Below, piece by piece: positions 23,690 to 37,348 of a stretch of 64,000 nucleotides of DNA; position 1 is the first letter of the stretch, and the number at the start of each line of letters is the position of its first letter. The position numbers and the translations under genes are program-made. The DNA comes from Leucoraja erinacea (lineage: Eukaryota), in NCBI RefSeq assembly GCF_028641065.1, contig NC_073397.1:26350001-26414000 (forward strand). The letters run 5' to 3'. Under the pieces are notes generated by a model, which saw only the letters and a list, made by a program, of their open reading frames with translations, had not been told where the DNA came from and searched no databases.

Positions 23690-24360
23690 ACACCAACTGA
23701 ACTGGGATGCTATTAAGTGTGAGGTAAAAAGGAGAATAGTTTCCTATAAATTATGGAAAAAAAAGAAAATTGGTGCTATGGTAGATGTAGGAGAAACATT
23801 TCCACTTCTGGGAAGGCTAAAAACGCAATCATAAAATGGCCATCAAGTATCAGGCAGGGAGCTAACAAATCTTACATACGCAAAGTGGTGAGGGTTTTCT
23901 CATTGCCATTGGAAATATAGTTTTAGTTTAAGAGATGCAGCGTGGAAACAGGCCCTTTGGCACACCGGATCTGCGCCGACCAATGAGCCCTTCACATTCA
24001 CAATATCTACACATACTAGGGACAATCTATAAAGCCAATTAACCTACAAACCTGTACGTCTTTGAAGCGTGGGAGGAAACAGAGGATCGCGTAGAAAACC
24101 CACGCAGGTCACGGGGAGAATGTACAAACTCAGTACAGACAGCACCCATAGTCAGGTTGAATCCTGGGTCTCTGACGTTGTACGTCAGCAACTATCGCTG
24201 CGCCACCTTGCCGCCATTTGTTGAGATGAATAATATCAATGCATTTTAGCAGAAAGGAATAGTAACTCCTCGTGATGGAATTAGAAGGCAAGGGATGAGG
24301 AATGATTTAAGTTGAATGTAAGTAGCAGTGTGATGCAAATGCCTGTTTCTGGATTAAGTA
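23690..24360 (+). mobile_element. Highly decayed CR1 3' fragment split by a SINE
   Basis: GTAGATGTAGGAGAAACATTTCCACTTCTGGG resembles the CR1 ORF end; 3' UTR remnants continue after 24215. Confidence 0.5.
23918..24215 (-). mobile_element. HE1-like V-SINE
   Basis: Tail, core and head match the other copies. Confidence 0.9.
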
Positions 24361-25859
24361 TTCTCGGTACTGCTATTTAAAGCTTAATAATACGTTGTGC
24401 ATCAACTTTTCATAAAGTGCTGCATAAAATGTGATTAACTATGATCAAATCGACAGGGAAAAAGGTAAAATCCGAGCAAAAGTGAGGATTGAGGAGAATA
24501 ATATGCTTGTAGAGTCTGTGGAGCATTAGAGTGTGGTCATTAGTAATCTGTGAGTCTCTCATGGCTAAATACATGGATCATGACTATTCTTGATTGATAT
24601 TGATGCAATGAGCTTTATAATCCAGATTAAAGTGGACACATTTTTAGAATGCATAAAATTAGGTGGGGCAAGGAAACAAATCAAAAATTGAAAAATAATT
24701 GAATTAATGGCACATATTTAATAAACAGAAGTGGGAAAGGTTGTATTTTCAGGAAAAGTACCCGACCCAGATATTCTATGAATGGCATTAAAGTAGTTGA
24801 TGATGAAGCTTGGTGGACGAGGATTTTTAGTAGCTTTGGTATTAAACATGTTCAAACAAGACAGAACAGTTGTAAAATAACACAATAGGATATTTAACAA
24901 CAGTCAAAACAATAGTACTCATTTTAGATGAGGCATTGCTAAAATCTGGTAGATGCTATTCTTGGAACAAGTTCTTTATTTGAGAAGTGCAGGCAACACA
25001 CAATGAAGAGCCAGAAGGTTGATCATTGTTGATGGAATAGTTGCAGCATGGAAAGGGGCCATTCTGCACATCAAATACTTACCAGTTTTAAAAAAGAGTA
25101 ATTCAGCTAGACTCAATTCCCCATCCACACCTCACGGCCCTGCACTTGTTTTCCTTCTAATACTTTTGATTCTATTTACTCCACAATATTGCTTTACCAT
25201 GCTAAATATACATTGAAGTCCTCCATGATAATATTGTTGCCCTTGTAATAAGTACCTATAATCTCCTGACTTATGCTGTGCCCTACATTGTTGTTGCTGT
25301 TTGCTGGCCAACATACGAAAACCACCAATGCTTTCTGACATTTACTCCACCCAAACTAATTCTATGTCTCAGTTTTTAGAGCTGGTTTTCATTCGTCTTT
25401 GCTGGCTCTGTCCCAAAGATGGAGTCGGAGATACAGGTACCTAAAAATAGGAAATGCTCAGCAGGTCTGACAGCATTTATAAATTAAGTAATCGAGTTGA
25501 TAATCAATGGCATTTCATCCCAGTCCCCAATAACCAATTGGATGGAGGAAATCTCACTTTGAGTAGGGCATGATTTCTTCTAACTTGTGTGCCCCATAAG
25601 AAAAGGCTGGACAAATTTGGGCCTTTCAATTCGGGGAGGATGTGATAAAGACATGATTTTATTTGTTTCAAATAAGATTATTTAGGGTATGGAGGAACAC
25701 AAAAATATTAATTTCCATTAAATAGAGGTAGAAGAACGAGAAAAAACAGATTCAAAATTGTAAGATGATTTTCGGAGAAGTGGCAGGGTATAATTCTATC
25801 CCAACCCCTCTGCAACATCGTTTCTCTTCAGCATGGTAATAGTTCCTTACATCAATACT

Positions 25860-26150
25860 GCCACCTTTTCTCAATTTTCATCTCCGGTCTTTGTCCAGCC
25901 ATCTGCCTATAAAAGCGAGGCGCCTCACCTGTATCATCCTATAATCTACCAGGCTTTGTCCTGCCCCTCCTTTCTTCCAGCTTTCTATTCCCCAATCTCC
26001 TTCCACCACAATCTGTCTGAAGAAGTGACAGTCTCCTGACCTAAAATGTCACCTATTCTCCAGAGATGCTGCATGATCTGACCCGATGAGTTATTCCGGA
26101 ACTTTGTGCCTTTTCTTTGCTAACCAGGATCTACAGTTCCTTGTTTAATC
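25860..26150 (+). mobile_element. PLE 3' UTR/pLTR fragment
   Basis: Pyrimidine-rich UTR, then CTGAAGAAG...CTCCAGAGATGCTGC...GAGTTATTCC. Confidence 0.7.
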
Positions 26151-27165
26151 CACTCATTCCCTTTTACCTACCTGCTTGTAACCTGCTATAAGTTATTGCC
26201 TTGTCTTTATGTTGAATTACTATTGCTTCTATTTCCGCAAATTTTACAATGTTCCCAGTATTATCCTTAATGCATATGTTAGCCTAGCTAGCCTATTGCT
26301 CTGTTTTTTTCTCTCTCTCTATCTATTACATAATAATGAAGTAACTATTGCTCTTAACACTGTCAGTAATTCTGATAGTGTTACCATTCCAGAATCAGGG
26401 GAAATCTGCAAATTGGAAGCTGATGCTTCCGCTACATTTTAAATTTAAGTAAGCAAATTAGACTGAGCAAATGTGTAATCTTTGTATCTTGCTTCTTGAG
26501 TGGTACTGTTTATTTTAAAATGGTTCTCATCCTTTCTGCCATCTTGCTTCCACACAATGTTCATAATAATTTTTGGATCTTGTCGTTACCTGCTTATTTC
26601 CCATCTACAATTTCTTCTGTTTCAATAATTTGGTTTAGTAAAATTGTCTTCTTTTAAATTATCACAGGAGCTCCTACAATCTCTTCACTCTCAGATTCTA
26701 TATTTTTCTCAATTTTTTTTTTGATCATTCATTGGTGAATTCTAAACTCTCATTATCCTCGGGCTTCCTACATTTATTTGGCAGCATTTTGTGCCTCTGC
26801 TTTAGTTTAATACTTTGCATGGATGGGCTACTTTATCCATTGCCTTTTATTCCTTAAGGGAATGTCTATTTGTTACAAGTTTGGAATTATTTATTTTATT
26901 TGCTATTGCTTATCCAGCTTGTTATCTTTTAATTGAGTTTCTTTGTTTATCTGAGTCACCTTGACAGTTGTACCAGTGTTGTTTGCTTTGTTCAGTTTTA
27001 ATACAATAATTTTATGCTTAAGTATATTCTTACAAGCTCAGAATAAAATTGCGTTGCTTAGAAATCTGATCACGTGGTGATATTTCTTTCAGCTCTATTC
27101 ATTGCTAACAACCAATGTAACATTCACTGATCTGATTGTTTACCCTGCCTTTAGTTACTCTGAAC

Positions 27166-27468
27166 GTTTAGTTTAGTTTTAGTTTTAGAGATGCAGTAAC
27201 AGACTCTTCAGCCCACCGAATCTGCGCCGACCAGCGATCGATCCCCACACCCTAACACTATCCTACACACACCAGGGACAATTTACAATTATACCAAGCC
27301 AATTAACTTACAAACCTGTACGTCTTTGGAGTATGGGAAGAAACCGGAGATTCTGGAAAAAAAAACCCATGCGGGGAGAATGCACAAACTCCGTACAGAC
27401 AGCACCCGTAGTCAGGACTGAACCCGAGTCCCTGGCGCTGTTAGGCAGCAACTCTACCACTGTGCCCC
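27166..27468 (-). mobile_element. HE1-like V-SINE
   Basis: Tail, core and head match the other copies. Confidence 0.9.
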
Positions 27469-27559
27469 TCTGCTACCCTTGTAGCAAGCTGCTTACCACA
27501 AACATCTTCATTAAATACGATTACATGAACGATGCAGTTGAGATTTGACAAACTAACGT

Positions 27560-29090
27560 ACACCTCTTAGAAACTGATCATTAGTTGTCAGAGGCCACCT
27601 GATATTTTACATTGAACCGTGACACTGCCATCAGGACACCTTCACCATTTCCTCCAGGAGACCTTCCCACCAAACAGTCCATCACACCTCATACTTCCCC
27701 AACTGTGCAGAGCTAATTTATACCTCTGTCCAAGATTTAGGAGCAGGACGATCCCAGTAGATCCAAAGAACTTATTTTTTACAAACTTGACTCTTCATTC
27801 TCCTCTCCAATTCCACCTGTCTTACATTCATGATATCTCCAATCTCCTTTGCCACATTGATGGTTTCTACTTTCTTGATCCCAGCCTGCTCATCTTCACA
27901 CCATAAATGTCTATTTCCTTTACCCTTCCATTCAACACTAGGGTTGGCTCAATGTCCCTCACTTTTCCTTCAATAGATGCTCAACTAAACATCTACCACC
28001 CCACTCTCCTTCTGGCTGAATAACTACTTTAAAAACAACATCCTTCAACTCTACTTACTTTCATTTTGTCAAAGATATAACTAAGGGAATTGCCGAGGTA
28101 TGTGCTTGCCCTGTCTTCTCATTGGATTTATGCTACTGTCTTCACTTCAGACTTTTGTGGACTTCCTTTCTCGAATTGTTTTGTTTACATTGAAGCTGCT
28201 CCCTGCACTTGTATGGAACTCAAATTTCAGAACTTCCGCTATTAATTTCTACATTTATCACTGTCTCATGGTCCAAATATATCTCTTTCTTCTCTATCTC
28301 TGGCATGGCCATCACAATCCATTTTAACCCCATGGACCTCCATGCTATCTTGTATATCTTCCAAGCCTGTTTCATGTATTACCCCCACTCCACTGTCCTA
28401 GTTTCTTCGTCTTCATTATACCACCAACCGCTTCCATTCTCATGATACTCTCCTATGCAACTGCAGAGATGTGACACTAACTCTTTCACCTCTCCTCGTT
28501 CAACCATGCAGTCCTTTCAAGTGAAGCAGCAGTTCCCTTGCACTTATTCCAATGCTCTTGATGTGGTCTCCATACATTAGAGAAGACAAGTGTGAATTGT
28601 CACCTCTTTGCAAAACACTTCCATCTATTCCACAAGGTTGACACTGGGAAATCTATTACTTTAACTCTCTACCACTCTCCTGCACTGACCTCCCTAACTT
28701 TAACCTCATTTATTGCTCCAGTCTAAACTTGAAGAATGTCACCTTGTCTTCCGTCTAGGTACATTGCAGCCTTTGGGACTTAATATCATATTTAATAATT
28801 TCAAGTAACCACCCTGTTTATTCCCCTCTCCACAGATGTAGTTGTCCCATTCTCTTTATTTTAAACTATCAAATTTTAAATTTATTATTACCTTGACAGC
28901 TTTGGCCAGCATCTTCTCACAGGTATTTCTCCTGTTCTCTATTCTTTTTTTTAGTTCACCTTTCAGCTCTGATGATGGGTAATTGACCCACAACATAATA
29001 TATTTTTCCCTCCAAGATAGTACCTGAGCTACTGAGTGCTTACCCCATTTTCTTTCTGTGTTGGATTTCCAACATCTGCAGTTTTTGCTC
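27560..29090 (+). mobile_element. Old decayed Penelope-like element (RT, GIY-YIG and pLTR remnants)
   Basis: Remnants resembling the PLE motifs YLLPKIHK..PGRP (~27715) and LIFT..V.SLY.SI (~27890); SFQVKQQF region (~28510); CTGATGA-GGGT..ACCC at 28969. Confidence 0.7.
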
Positions 29091-29407
29091 CAAATATTAT
29101 CTTTGTTGCCTCACCGCAAATTCCTTAATTGATACACTATCCGAAACCATAACTATTATTAGCGAACTAAATTACTTTCAGGTGTGTTTTCTTCTTTGGA
29201 TTGTTTCATAGCTTCACCCAGACTGAAAGACTGTCTGAATTTCTGTACAGCAATCTTTTGTATTTGCTTTCTAATACCTTTGTCATCTCTGTGGTAAGGC
29301 CACACCTTTCTCACTTGCCTGTTCTAAAAATGGTTTTGCATTTCATGGCTTAGGTATTGAAGAAATAGAAGACTACATGTAAGCAATAAAATAAAACATT
29401 TTTCAGA

Positions 29408-30338
29408 GGTGGCGCATTGGCACTCCTAATAAAGTTATCGCCTCATAGCTCCAATGACCCAGGTTCAAGCCTGACCTCTGGTGTGGTCTGTGTGGAGTTT
29501 GTACATTGTCCCTGTGACTGTGTGAGTTTTCACAAGCTCACTAGTTATAGGAGTAGAATTAGGCCATTCAGCCCATTGGGTCTACTCCGCCATTCAATCA
29601 TGGCTGATCTCTCTGCCTCCAAATCCCATTTTCCTGCCTTCTCCCCAAAACCCTTCACACTCGCTCTAATCAAGAATTTGCCTATCTCTGCCTTTAAAAT
29701 ATCCACTGACATGGCCGCCATAGCCTTCTGTAGCAATGAGTTATACAGATTAAATACCCACTGACTACAGAAGTTCTTCCTTACCTCCTTTCTAAAAGAG
29801 TGCCCTATAATTGTGAGGCTATGACTTCTGGTCCTAGACTCTCCCACCAGTGGAAACATCCTTTCCACATCCACTCTATCAATGCCTTTCATTATTCTGT
29901 AAGATTCCCCCCTCAACCTTCTAAACCCCAGCGAGTACATGCCCAGTGCTGTCAAACGCTTATCATATGCTAACCCACTCATTCCTGGAATCATTCTTCA
30001 TAGCCAGCACATCCTTCTTCAGATATGGGGCCCAAATTTGCTCACAGTACTCCAAATGCGGCCTGACCAGCGTCTTATAGAGCCTCAGCATTACATCTCT
30101 GGCTATTTTCTCCGGCTGCTCTGCTTTCACCCCACATCCCAAAAATACACAGGTTGGAGATCAATTGGCCACCATAAATCTCCCCCTTGGTGTGAGGTGA
30201 GTGAGAGATTCTGGGCATAGCTCAGGACACTATGGGGGAAAATAGAATAGGATTATTGTAAGTACTGTAGGCACTTGACCATCAATGTGGATTTGTTGAG
30301 CTGAAAGACCTGTTGCCATGCTGTACAACTATAACTCC
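29408..30338 (+). mobile_element. Older V-SINE interrupted by a CR1 insertion
   Basis: Head and V-domain at 29408-29531 continue at ~30105 (TTTTCTCCGGCTGCTCTGCTTTCACCCCACATCCC). Confidence 0.8.
29532..30098 (-). mobile_element. CR1 LINE 3' fragment
   Basis: ORF 29994-29545 MIPGMSGLAYDKRLTALGMYSL...RVDVERMFPLVGESRTR...KAEIGKFL; upstream LYKTLVRPHLEYC. Confidence 0.92.
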
Positions 30339-32269
30339 AAGGAAATAGTTGAACTTGCATCATTTAAGAAATACTGGCCTCTGATTGAAAAACAAAAACT
30401 TTGAAAGCTCATAATAGTGACTACCTAATTTTGATCTTTGTTGTTGCTGCAGTACCTGTGATCTGTATTTGGAGACATAGATCCTGGGACCTTTACCAGC
30501 ATGTATCTGTTAATTAAGTATCAAAGGATCCTGTGTCTGTATTCAATTTGATGTTGTCTAAACGTGGCCTAAATAACAATTAGTGGTCTTTAATAAAAAA
30601 ATCTGAATTTTGTGGCATAATATTTACATAAAGTACCTTTGCTATTTTGGTCTTAATAGGCGCTTTCATACAACTTCAAAGGTATTTACGTATATATAAG
30701 TCATGAGAATGTGTGGGTGTTATTAATCATTCTGACATTGTGTCTGAAGGATCTCAAGTTATATCTTGCTGTCGTTAAGAACTAGGAACATGTTTGTAAG
30801 GCAGAAGTTCAGTTGGAATGGTTTGATTCCATCTGATCAAAGGGATATGGGCCATGTATCACCAGTTAGAACACCAGAATTATTTACATGATTAGGTTTA
30901 TGCTGGGGTATTTGCCAAATTTCAAGTTTTGTTTAAGTGGAAGAAATACTTACTAAAGTCATTGCTTCATGGCTGTTTTTATGAGTTTAAGAAAGTTTTG
31001 TTTGTACCATTTCCTTGAATATATTAATAAATTAAATGAAATTACTATTTTGCATGCAGAGTTTTTTTTTCCCAATAAATTCAATATTTTATTTTCCCAT
31101 AAATTATCAACTCATAATGGGGAATGGTTGACAAATGATATCAGGTTCTGCAATCGTGACATTTGTGATTCAACAACATTTTCATTGTCTACTAAAATGG
31201 CGTGACATTATGTAATAAATTAATTTATCCAAAGATGTCCAATATACAGTGATTTAATATATTCTGTTTAGAAATGGAGATATTTAACCATATGCACATG
31301 TGGTTTATATTCCTATGCATTAGCCAATATATTTCACAAGCCCTTTCGGGACACCAAAATGGAACTACCACTTTAAAAAATGTAAACTAAATTAGTTTCA
31401 CTCAAAAGATGTAAATTTTATTTATTCATCTTCCCACAGAGGTTAAGATTACGAGCAACATATTTTATAGATTTCCACTCTGCCAAAGTAGGAATCAGTG
31501 ATTCAAAGTGTGAGAAACTGGTAGGTCAGCGTTGTTATTGTACTTTGATAACAAACTAATTAAGCCGCCTTAATCACAGAAAAAGAAGAACAAGAGTTCA
31601 TTACAGTTTTCATTATAGTGGTATTATGTGTAAAATGACACAGTGCTGAGCTTGTAGTACAGTCAGTGTGTTAGGATATTTTTCAAATGCAGAAGATTTT
31701 AAAAGCCCTTTTTTGTAAGCATATTGAGTCTTTTAAAAGCAGCTTTGCTGGGCAATGCTACTGAAATGCTGCCATGAAATGTCTTTTGGTCAAGAGGAGG
31801 GATGGAGACATTATAAAATCTTAATGACAGCACTGCTTTCTTGAACAATCAGTAGATGTGATACACATATATGGAACAGAACAGACAGTGAGAAAAGATG
31901 CCCTTTTGTTTTAATAGTCCCGCAGGAAGTTGTTTCACTTCCTGTGAGGCTGCACTTTTGGTGACCAAAGTGAGATTTGAAGTAAATATAAGGATAAGAA
32001 TACACAGAGAAGGAATGTGAAAATAAATCCTATTTTGTCTGGACAGTTTGTCCTGTAAATTCAGTCTGAGAACAGGATGACCTGTTTAGATTGCTTTCAT
32101 TTCCGCCTTGCATTGGGTCCAAAGAAAGCTTGTCCATTCCATGTATTCATCACAACATTTCCTCTTTTTGATATGTTTTTTGATATGCTGTTTGGAACTC
32201 TCAATTGTGTTCTTTATGTGATTCTTGAATATATTTTGACTTGGCACATAAAAAACCTTGCCAAGTCTG

Positions 32270-32445
32270 AGTTCAGAGGGTGGTGAGTACCTGGTATATG
32301 CAGCCTGAGAGACTGGAAGCAGAGCCTGGACAAGCTCTTAAATCACCTAGGCATAGAAGATGGGATTGATACAGATGGGTGCCCACCGGTCAGGATGGGC
32401 ACGATGGGCCAAATGGCTTGCTTCTGTTCTTAATGACTCTATGAC
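32270..32445 (+). mobile_element. Decayed CR1 3' end
   Basis: CAGAGGGTGGTGAGTACCTGG...GGGCCAAATGGCTTGCTTCTGT..ATGACTCTATGAC. Confidence 0.6.
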
Positions 32446-32744
32446 CCAAGTCACCTTCATGATTTTAACTGTAAATAGATCAAGGCATCTGCCCAGCAGG
32501 TTGGAGATGTTTGGCAGGTATCTGACTTGAGCCTGTGATCATAATGACATGGAGTATGCAACACATGCCCCCTTAACGTTCTGAGCATTGCTGCTGATAG
32601 GAGTCCTGTCTTCAGCAGTGGAGTGGCTGCATTTGAAAGTGTTGAGGTCCACCAAAAAAGACAATTCCTGCCAGAGGCCAATACACTCCAAACAAATCAG
32701 ACAAATTGTTTGCTGAGGAAGGGAAAATTGGTGGTTTCAAGTTT

Positions 32745-32905
32745 TACTATCTTCTATCCATGATGGGAGAGGAGAGAAAAGTGACGACTGGGATATAAAT
32801 GGTTACTGATTGGATTAGTTGTTTTCCTGAGGCAGTGTGAAGTGTAGATGGAGTCGATGGGTGGAGGCTGGTTTGTGTGCTGGACTGGACTACATCCACA
32901 ATGTT
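32745..32905 (-). mobile_element. Rex1/Babar-like LINE 3' fragment
   Basis: GATGGGAGAGGAGAGAAAAG...GAGGCAGTGTGAAGTGTAGATGGAGTCGATGG, homologous to 43310-43435. Confidence 0.65.
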
Positions 32906-33249
32906 CTGCAATTTCGTGCTATCTTGTGCATAGCTGCTGTCTTTCTCGTGCATCTGGTGGATGTTCTGGAGACAGCAATGGTGGCATAAGTCCAGTGCCC
33001 TCAAGTGCTTACTGCTGTGGTGCAGGTCTCGGAATCATTTGGGAGGGAAGTGATTATGACAGACTGTAAATTGTGTGCCAAGTCTAATCACATGATCTTC
33101 AAACGTCCTCCCACCCCCCACCCCCACCCCCAATCTTTGCGCTAGTGCATCAAAAACAACGGTGAATTTTGTCAACGAGGTTTGCCTTTACTGAGAGTTA
33201 ACTCCCAAGGTACGAGAAGTGGCCCATCCTAAAGAAAGAAGTCCAGCTC

Positions 33250-33560
33250 TCATTGTGGTAGCTGCAAGAAGGTCTCACTGCTTGCTGTCTGTCATGGGCA
33301 AAGTCATCACCAGAATTCTTCTCAATGACCTCATCCCAGTTGCCAAAGAAGATTTCCTCAAATCACAATGTAGATTCCGGCTAACTCATGACCAACTCTA
33401 AGTGAAATGGATGGTGTATCACTAGCCATTATACGTGGTCTCTATTGATCTAACAAAAATCTTTCAAAACATTATTCAAAAGGACTGCGAGGCTATCTTA
33501 AGTTTGGCTATCCACAAAAAAAGTTTATTTGTCTTACTTCATGACAGCAAGCCATGATCC
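33250..33560 (+). mobile_element. RTE-clade LINE RT fragment
   Basis: LLSVMGKVITRILLNDLIPVAKEDFLKSQCRFR resembles the RTE motif LLS..GK.LARILLNRL....LPESQCGFR; then V.IDLTK.F. Confidence 0.7.
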
Positions 33561-35004
33561 TAATGGTTTATGAACACGATGATCTTAATAAATACTGGTG
33601 GCCAGGAAGACTGAATAGATAGTATACATGCTTGTAACAATAGTAAACTTTTGTTGGAAATCCCAGAAAGACACAGATGGATGTGTATTACAGAATAATG
33701 CTAGTGATCGGGGATTCCCTTGGAAAGGGTTTTGTAGCTGGTATTTCTGTTCCGGGAATTTCAGGTAGCTGACACACACCTTGTGGTTGGTTTAACTGAA
33801 ATTGCTTTCTGAACATAAGTTAGCTTTATGTGTGTAGGGAATAGAGTTTGTGTCATGGCAGTATATAAAATCATTTCAAACCATTTGATTCCGAAAGTTT
33901 CCTATTTAGGAATTAATTATGGAGCTAATCTGGGTCCTCTTTACTGCATTTGTTTATTGAACAGTGTCTGGAGGGTGCGTTGTGGGAAGGGGGGGGGGGG
34001 TGATTGGGGAGGGGGATCTGGCAGAGTTGTTCGAAAGCAAGAGTAATGTCTTAACTATGAACAAGCCGTAACTCAGAAAGTGAGGAAGTGTCCTGTGACT
34101 GAAATAACTGGAAATCAGCAGCTACCATATAATATATTCTATTTATTTGGACAGCTGCAATTGACTTGCTTGAACAAACTTATAGAATATTTTTTTTTTA
34201 AAGAAACAAAACGGTTGTTCAAACTGCCATGCGAGTGCTGAGCTATCACAGGTTGGGACTGCTGTTTTGGAACACGAGAGCTATTTATGTATTTTCTTGC
34301 CCCTTTGGCAATATCACGATTCGCACTTCAGATTAAAAATAAAAGCCTATGTTCGAAATCCGAACTAAAATTTAAAAAAAAACTGGGAACAAACAGTAGA
34401 TCACTCAGTATCTGATTGAGAGAGGCCACTACCCATCATAACTGCAAATTGAGCAGAGTTATGCTGAATAGTCCCAAAGGAAACAGTAACCTATCTTTCT
34501 CAATTAGATGAAACTGACCTGATGGCTGCTTTAAGAACTGACAGTTTTACTTCATGATATATTAAAAGTTCAGAGAGCGAGATGGGCTAATATTCTCTTC
34601 CGATTGCGGTTATTGTGCATGATGACAGTCATAGTCCATCGACAGAATTTGGTGCAGGAGAACCACAATGGTGCCTTGTGTGTGGAAAAATAAGTCAATT
34701 TTTCAGCACAATGGCAGGATTAAGTGTGTATAATCATTGCATTGCATTCGATCAGATTCGGCTGTGTGGCAGATTGGATGGTGGACTGCATGAGAGCATT
34801 TTTCTTTTTCTACTTTTTTATGAAACCTTTTGAAACCGAAGTGTCCTCACCCCGATCATGTGAAATGACTTTGATCACTTTTAGTATCGTTTGCTTTGTG
34901 TACGATCTCTCCTTTGAACTAGCTCCTAATTTTGTGCATTTGTATTAGAAACAAAACGTGTGTGGGACATGGAAATATGTGCAGTAGGAGGCACTCTTTT
35001 GCAG

Positions 35005-35195
35005 AGAAAGACATAAAGTGCTGGAGTAACTCAGCGGGTTGGGCAGCATCTCTGGAGAACATGGATAGGTGCTGTTTTGGGTCAGGAGCCGAAATGTCAC
35101 CTATACATGTTCTCCAGAGATGCTGCCTGACTTGCCGAATAACTCCAGCACTTTGGGTCTTTTTTTTTAATCATCATCTGCAGTTCCTTGTTTCT
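35005..35195 (+). mobile_element. PLE pLTR fold-back with hammerhead core deleted
   Basis: Inverted arms GTGCTGGAGTAACTCAGCGGG...CAGCATCTCTGGAGAACATG / CATGTTCTCCAGAGATGCTG...ACTCCAGCAC. Confidence 0.82.
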
Positions 35196-35319
35196 GCATT
35201 TTATCTCCACTGTGACATCTGCTTGATGTGTGCTTACTTTGAAGAATTCCACCTACTCTCGCTGATGGGAGTTCTGTGAGACACTCTCACTGCCCCCCCT
35301 TCTGTGGTTCATGCTGCTG

Positions 35320-35430
35320 AGTGTCCCGAACTGAAACATCAGTAAGCCATGTTCTCCACAGATGCTGTCTGATCCACTGTTACTCCAGCATTTTGTGTCC
35401 CTATTTTGTAGACCAGCATCTGCAGTTTGT
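35320..35430 (+). mobile_element. PLE pLTR fragment
   Basis: TGAAACATC...CCACAGATGCTGTCTGATCC..TTACTCCAGCATTTTGTGTC..CCAGCATCTGCAGTT. Confidence 0.75.
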
Positions 35431-35479
35431 TTGTTTCTCCTCTTTTGTAGTGGGTCGGTGCACTAACAGAGCAGCACAG

Positions 35480-35718
35480 TTTTCACACAGAGAGTTGCGA
35501 GTCTGTGAAATTCTCTGCCTCAGCGGGCGGTGGAGGCCAGTTCTCTGGATACTTTCAAGAGAGAACTAGATAGGGCTCTTAAAGATAGCAGAGTCAGAGG
35601 ATATGGGGAGAAGGCAGGAACGGGGTACTGATTGTGGATGATCAGCCATGATCACATTGAATGGTGGTGCTGGCTCGAAGCGCCGAATGGCCTACTCCTG
35701 CACCTATTGTCTATTGTC
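35480..35718 (+). mobile_element. CR1 3' end, (TATTGTC)n-tail family
   Basis: Closely matches 61410-61625. Confidence 0.9.
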
Positions 35719-36202
35719 AGTTGGTGCTTTCTCTACTTCGGACCTGCGCAAAAACAACAATTGGTTGTGATTGTATGGCCCCACACTTGAAGCTGTTCCA
35801 TTTCTGTTCTGTTTACAGCCAATCTCCATCGAAACAGATGTTAGAGGAGACATATACCAGGGGTCAGTCTTAGCATGGTGACAGCTAGCATTTATATTAG
35901 GTCTCCACATTTTCAATGTAGCAAAAGTTGGAGGTGAGACAGTCAAGCAAATATGATCATTGGTTATTCCAGAATGTAAAGCAGATAAAGAATTAATGAA
36001 CATTATGATTGTTTTGCCGTTCTACCACTGCTGCGTGCTGCAATTTTTTTTTTGTTTTTCTACCACTGGAGTGTGCAGCACTGGAAACAAATGCTGCCTT
36101 AGCATTCAGACAACAGGTACCTTTCTCCTGCAGCACTTTTCCAGATGGAGCGATGTAGATGTGCCAACAATCTATAAAGAAAACAAGAATGAAAAATCAT
36201 GG

Positions 36203-36459
36203 ATAGACATAAAATGCTGGAGGTACTTAGTGGGTCAGGCAGCATCTGTGAAGAAAAGGAATGGTTCGAGACCCTTCTTCTGACTGAGTGCCAGACGAGA
36301 GGCCCTGGTTTCCCTCTCCCCTGACTCATTCTGAATAAGGGTCTCGCCCCGAAATATCACCTACTCCTTTTCTGCAGAGATGCTGCCTGACCCACTGAGT
36401 TACTCCAGCATTTGTGTCGAAATTCAGTGTAAACCAGCATCCGCAGTTTCTTCCTACAC
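36203..36459 (+). mobile_element. PLE pLTR fold-back insert
   Basis: Perfect 14 bp TSD ATGAAAAATCATGG (36189-36202 / 36460-36473); inverted arm then direct arm, with a mutated hammerhead (CTGAATA at 36331). Confidence 0.88.
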
Positions 36460-37348
36460 ATGAAAAATCATGGTGTGGCTCAAATGTGCTTCAATTTTAT
36501 TAAAGCTTGTATTCTGCAAATTTACTTTTGCAGAATATGTGATAAGTTTCAGTGAGTGGAAAGAAGAGTCCAGGTTCCATTCCTGTCATTTTATTTAGGA
36601 AGGTGGTGCATTTTGTTTTCTCTTCTGGAAGATATTTGATTAAATGTTGAGGTTGCCCACAACCATGCATGGATAGAGGTAGAGCAGTGTTGTTCCCAGT
36701 TTCCAAAACAAAAGGCGGTCCAGGTACATGTAAATTCAGATCCAAATCGGTATAATTGACTCCTCATTGACATTAACTAGTAAGAATGGTTTGAAGACTT
36801 TCCTCACCAGATACCACACTTCAGTAATATATTTTCTAAATATTTAGTGATGGAATAATTTGGTTTGTTGTCCTCGTTCCATAAAAGCCATTATTTTTAA
36901 AAAGGAGCAAAGTGACTGCTTTAGAGAAATGTGAGATATTGGGTTCCCATCAGATTGAAACATTTGTAAGTCTCCAGAGTGTCAAATCTAAGTGACTGAT
37001 TAGACTGTGCTGCACAAAGCACTAAGTGTAATTGGTGATTTGTAGCAAAACCACTCTGTCAATGCTGAGGGTAAAACAAGCATTACATGGAGAAATGGCT
37101 TCTGATAATGGTGGGCAATTAAAACCAGATTGAGAAACTATTTTGAGCTAAAGTCCCATGACACTTAGATGGGAAATGGAACTGAGCATGTGACAATATG
37201 TAATGATCATTTCCACAATGCCTATATCATTTTGTGCCACAAGTACTATTGTCCATTCTTCTTATTGTATCCAGTGATTTATATTTCATCAGAGTCTAGC
37301 TTGAGAAGGGAAAAGTAACCATCTCCAATTTAGAGTATAGTTATATTT

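Noticed and set aside
33983-34015. G-runs with G-quadruplex potential (also C-runs at 33108-33130)
   Set aside because: Low-complexity tracts with no independent evidence of function.
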